A stretch of 64,000 nucleotides of DNA from Tetramitus jugosus (lineage: Eukaryota > Protista > Heterolobosea), in the NCBI GenBank assembly GCA_937625935.1, contig OW569347.1, forward strand, positions 310,001 to 374,000, written 5' to 3'. The notes under the pieces are model-generated. The model was not told where the DNA came from and did not search any database. It worked only from the letters and a program-made list of their open reading frames with translations. This document shows positions 60,184 through 64,000 of the stretch, piece after piece; positions within the stretch are counted from its first letter, which is position 1, and each line of letters opens with the position of its first letter. A program made the translations under genes and the position numbers.

Positions 60184-62666
60184 ATGTATAGATACAAGGT
60201 TTATGTGACGTATCGAGAGGAGGCTTATCCGAGAGTATATGATTTTTTGCGTTTGTTTCAAGAGGACTTTCAATTCATTCTCTTTCAAAAGATAACTCAC
60301 GAATACTTAAGACATTCGCCGGAACAAAGTTCAGTACCGCAAATGATCACTTCTTTTGTTTCCTTTCCACTGTCTCAACTGGTAAAAGCGAGATGCATGT
60401 GGTGGTTCGTCGACTCTGTCAACGGTTTCTCCAAACAAGTGGATGTGGATGGGATATGTTCCTTTTGTGCCAAATATCCTCGAGTTCCGGTGGTGATCAT
60501 TTACTTACCCACAATGAGAGATACCCGATCCCTTGATGGAAATCAAAACATCATTGAGAGCTCCACCATTCAACGAACAATAACGATGAACCTTTCACCG
60601 AACAATCATCATAGTGTCTCCTGTTCATCTGCTTCGTCTACCTACTCGACTCATGAATCATCAAAGCTTCAACTGGGAGAATCCTTAGCGAAATTGGATA
60701 TGGATCACGAGATCATGACAATTGCTCATTACTTGGAGAACAGTACGGGCAATAATGACCTCGCTGTTATCCATGGCAACTCTGACAGTAACATTTACAA
60801 CAGATTGAAATTTACGACCAAAGATTTGTGCTATTACTACACAATTGTCATCAAGTGGTTCGCCAGGGAGAAACATCCCCAATATCCAGCCATTTCCGAT
60901 TGTTCAGTGGAGTTGTATCATGATGCGTGCCACAGTCTCAACGGAAATAATCTCTTTCGAGATATCTATCAAAGCTGGAGCAATGCTAAGAGGCTAATAC
61001 TGATTATGGGTTGGAGTTTGGATCACCGGTTAAGATTGAATCGATTCGATGGGAATAGCGAAACCGTGGGAGAGCTCTTGTGTCGGAAGGCAAACGAAGG
61101 AGTTCTCGTCTGTATCTTTCTTTGGGAAGATATCAGAAATTTCATGGGAACGAACAACAATGATTCAAAGAGATACTTCAAAAAACATTGCCCACATAAG
61201 ATCCACGTCCGCCTCCGGAGGAGGCGAACTGCATTTAGTCAGTACAGCCACCATCAAAAACTGATCATAGTTGACGGATCTGACGGATTAGTGGCATATG
61301 TGGGAGGATTAGACATTACAATTGGAAGATTTGATACACCTGATCATTCACTATTCACAACACTCAATGATGTTCATGAAGATGATTTTTACAATAGTGT
61401 CTTCTCGCATAAAAAGAAGAAGGGAGTTCCTAGGGAACCGTGGCACGATTGTCACTCGCGAGTGAAAGGCGATGTCGTGTGGCACATGTTGCAGCATTTT
61501 GGTTTGCATTTCTTGAACAAGAATCGGGCATACAAGCTCAGGTCGGATCAGTTTCAATCACGAATCTATCAAATGATTGATGAATTGTATCCAGGAAATC
61601 TAGGACAAGTATCGAGAGTCACTGGAGAATGGATGACAGAATTCTACAGTTCGGTCACAAGTAGTCAAATATTTGGAAAGAGATTAGCTGTGGACGATGG
61701 AATACACCGAGCGTATGTCTCCGCTATCAACAATGCAGATAAATTCATCCTGATAGAAAATCAATACTTTATTGGTGGTTCATACTTATGGTTGCCTCCT
61801 GTTAAGAAGAGAACGAGACTACAAGGGGCTCCTAACTCCATACCTGTATTACTGAGTGATCGAATCATTCATAAAGCAAGGGAACGAGAACCTTTCAAAG
61901 TGTATATTCTGTTACCGCAGATGCCAGATGGAAAACCAGGAACTTTACAAGTCGATGGAGTTCTTTATTACCAATTCAAAACCATTCAAATGATGTATCA
62001 TCGAATATCGACAGCATTTAGAACTCTGGGTATCAATAGTCGAGTAGAGGATCACTTAATATTTGCTTGCTTGGGAAAGGTTGAATGGAACGAATATAGG
62101 CAACAGAATGAAAAGTAAGTTTGATTCATTTGAATTTCTTCTTTAATATTGTATGGTTAACAAAATTTCAACTCCTCAGTTTCTTTATCTACGTTCATTC
62201 GAAGTTAATGATTGTAGATGACGAATTTTTAATTGTCGGTAGTGCAAATCTTAACTCTAGATCTCTTTCTGGTAAACGAGACTCAGAGACATGCATCGGG
62301 TGCTCAGAAGCTTACATGAACACAGGAAGAATTCGAAGTTTCCGCCATTGTCTTTGGAGAGAACATTTTGGTAGTTCAAAGAATGAACCTCCATCAAGCG
62401 AGATTGAAGATGTTTCGGTTCTGTTTGACCTCGACTTGGATGCGAATGATGATCGTATATTCAAAAAGTTCAGAGAGTTTTGTCGAAGGAATTCCCAGCT
62501 CTTCAATTCAAACGTTCCAATGCTCAACAATGGGCGTAGTCACATCATGAGACTTGCGATGGAAGAGGGAGAAGACGGATCTTGTCTTCCAATGGATATC
62601 GAAGAATTCAAACTTCCTTTCGAAGGAAGAAGACCGAGGTTGCTGCCAACAACAGTGTTTACGTAA
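60184..62666 (+). CDS. Phospholipase D with two HKD motifs; intron 62115-62179
   Basis: HHQKLIIVD, PREPWHD, IENQYF and YVHSKLMIVDD..GSANLNSRS. The intron joins the two ORFs in frame. Confidence 0.9.
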
Positions 62667-62676
62667 ACAGTGTTTA

Positions 62677-64000
62677 TTAATCGAAGAAGTATTTGGACTT
62701 TCTAACTCTTTCGAGTTGTAAGTGACCCCGCTTTGGTATTGGAGGGAACTCCAAGTCTGGATGCAATTCTTGCATTGATGTCAAAAGCGTTTCTAACAGA
62801 GGTTGAGAATGTAGATTAATAAATTCATCTCTGATAATATCATTCATATGATCAACATCACCAGCATGAGTCCAGAAGGAATCATGCACTGATGCAAACT
62901 CAATCTCATTCTTCTTGCAAGTCTTTGCAGTCATGAACATGTGGCAGGCATCCAAAGAGTGAACATAATTTGGAGGGAAAGCAGACTTTTGTCTCGCACG
63001 ACTCACAGGTAGATCATCATTCGAAGAAATTAAGTTAAAGTTTTGGAGGACAGTCTTGACACTTGTCTTCCTTCCGGACCTATATGGTTGAACAACAGGC
63101 AAACCCAATGGTGTTATCCACACCACAGGTTGGTTCTTGGATGACACAACATGAGCAAGTTCATTCAACCAATCCATAATTGTTCTAGCTGATTGGAAAA
63201 CCTCACCTAATGAATGCAGAGTAACTCTAGCCAAGTAGATAGAGGCTGCTCCAATCTTATCCTCTGGAAGATCCTTCTTTTCCTTCAATCTTCTTTGGAT
63301 TTGCTCTCTGGCACCAACAAAGGTCACACCATAGACACTTGTCATGACAGTTTGCTTAATAGTGCTTCTGTAAACATTTCCTTGAAGCAAAAGAGCCAAC
63401 TCATCGCCCTTTGCTGCATCTTGATCAATGTGCTTCTTGACCACTTCCAGCACACCCAAGTACACATCCATAGGTTTATCAGTCGGTAACAAATTGACGT
63501 GAAGAGCTCCGAGATTATCTCTACCAAGAGCAGCATAATGCTGCAATCCATTGCATGAACCATCCATTTGTATTGGAAGGCCTGACTCATAGGCAGCAGG
63601 ATTTGGGGATCGAAGGCAGTTTGTTAGCTCGATGCAAGCAGCAAGAGTTTGCCATGGATTTTCAGATTGCAACCACCAGCACTCGTCGGTACGCAGGGTG
63701 TGGATTGTGTCGTTGTCAGTTGTGGTACGATTGAAGGTAGTCACGTCATCCATAAAACTGGCATTAACATTCAATCCAGGTAGAGGTTCATCTGCTGATC
63801 TAAAGATATTGTCAATATTGTCATCTACAAACTTAATTCTCTCTGCGAGGGAGTACTTGTCCTTTCCGTACAAGTTAGCCAGATGAATCTTTAGCCAGAA
63901 TATGCCTCTCTCGCCGATTGGTCTCACCTTTGAGAAAAGAAGTAGACCACGATTCACATCAGAACCCAAGTGATTCAAATGAGGCGGAATTGGATATGCC
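62677..64000 (-). CDS. RPO41: Single-subunit T3/T7-type mitochondrial RNA polymerase, C-terminal part (5' end outside the window)
   Basis: Motifs HLGSD..RGLL, DGSCNGLQHYAAL, KQTVMTSVYG, PPNYVHSLDA, VHDSFWTH and the terminal YFFD. Confidence 0.93.
   Translation of the reverse strand, partial: AYPIPPHLNHLGSDVNRGLLLFSKVRPIGERGIFWLKIHLANLYGKDKYSLAERIKFVDDNIDNIFRSADEPLPGLNVNASFMDDVTTFNRTTTDNDTIHTLRTDECWWLQSENPWQTLAACIELTNCLRSPNPAAYESGLPIQMDGSCNGLQHYAALGRDNLGALHVNLLPTDKPMDVYLGVLEVVKKHIDQDAAKGDELALLLQGNVYRSTIKQTVMTSVYGVTFVGAREQIQRRLKEKKDLPEDKIGAASIYLARVTLHSLGEVFQSARTIMDWLNELAHVVSSKNQPVVWITPLGLPVVQPYRSGRKTSVKTVLQNFNLISSNDDLPVSRARQKSAFPPNYVHSLDACHMFMTAKTCKKNEIEFASVHDSFWTHAGDVDHMNDIIRDEFINLHSQPLLETLLTSMQELHPDLEFPPIPKRGHLQLERVRKSKYFFD

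Noticed and set aside
62677-64000. T7-like RNA polymerase as a phage or viral insertion
   Set aside because: The motifs match nucleus-encoded mitochondrial RPO41/POLRMT, and no viral genes are nearby.

Overview
This is a very gene-dense eukaryotic window, probably from a flagellated protist; the species cannot be determined from the sequence. It has short GT-AG introns and about 21 host genes: outer-arm dynein heavy chain, PPC/DUF296 protein, double-PH protein, PTTG1IP-like membrane protein, MAP2K, SPT7-like, PRP19, myotubularin, DBR1, kinesin-3, RMND5, IQ protein, KNL1, FAM210, ZIFL-like MFS transporter, CTF18, PLD, mitochondrial T7-type RNA polymerase and three unknown ORFs. The standout feature is a ~12.3 kb block (32.8-45.1 kb) directly upstream of a tRNA-Arg(TCT) gene. 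It is a head-to-tail stack of seven L1/Tx1-like non-LTR retroelement copies (E1-E7), all with their 5' ends facing the tRNA. Poly(A) tails and 14-16 bp target-site duplications (TSDs) let the insertion order be reconstructed by hand. One family always joined its 5' end 37 bp upstream of the tRNA. A second family, plus an ORF1-only non-autonomous partner, joined at 47-49 bp, even after the sequence at that position had been replaced by an earlier insertion. The result appears to be a polar, chronological stack, newest next to the tRNA and most eroded at the far end. It resembles Dictyostelium TRE5 targeting but uses two registers about one helical turn apart and carries covarying 3'-UTR hairpins. 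All alignments and splice calls were made by eye, and no database searches were run.
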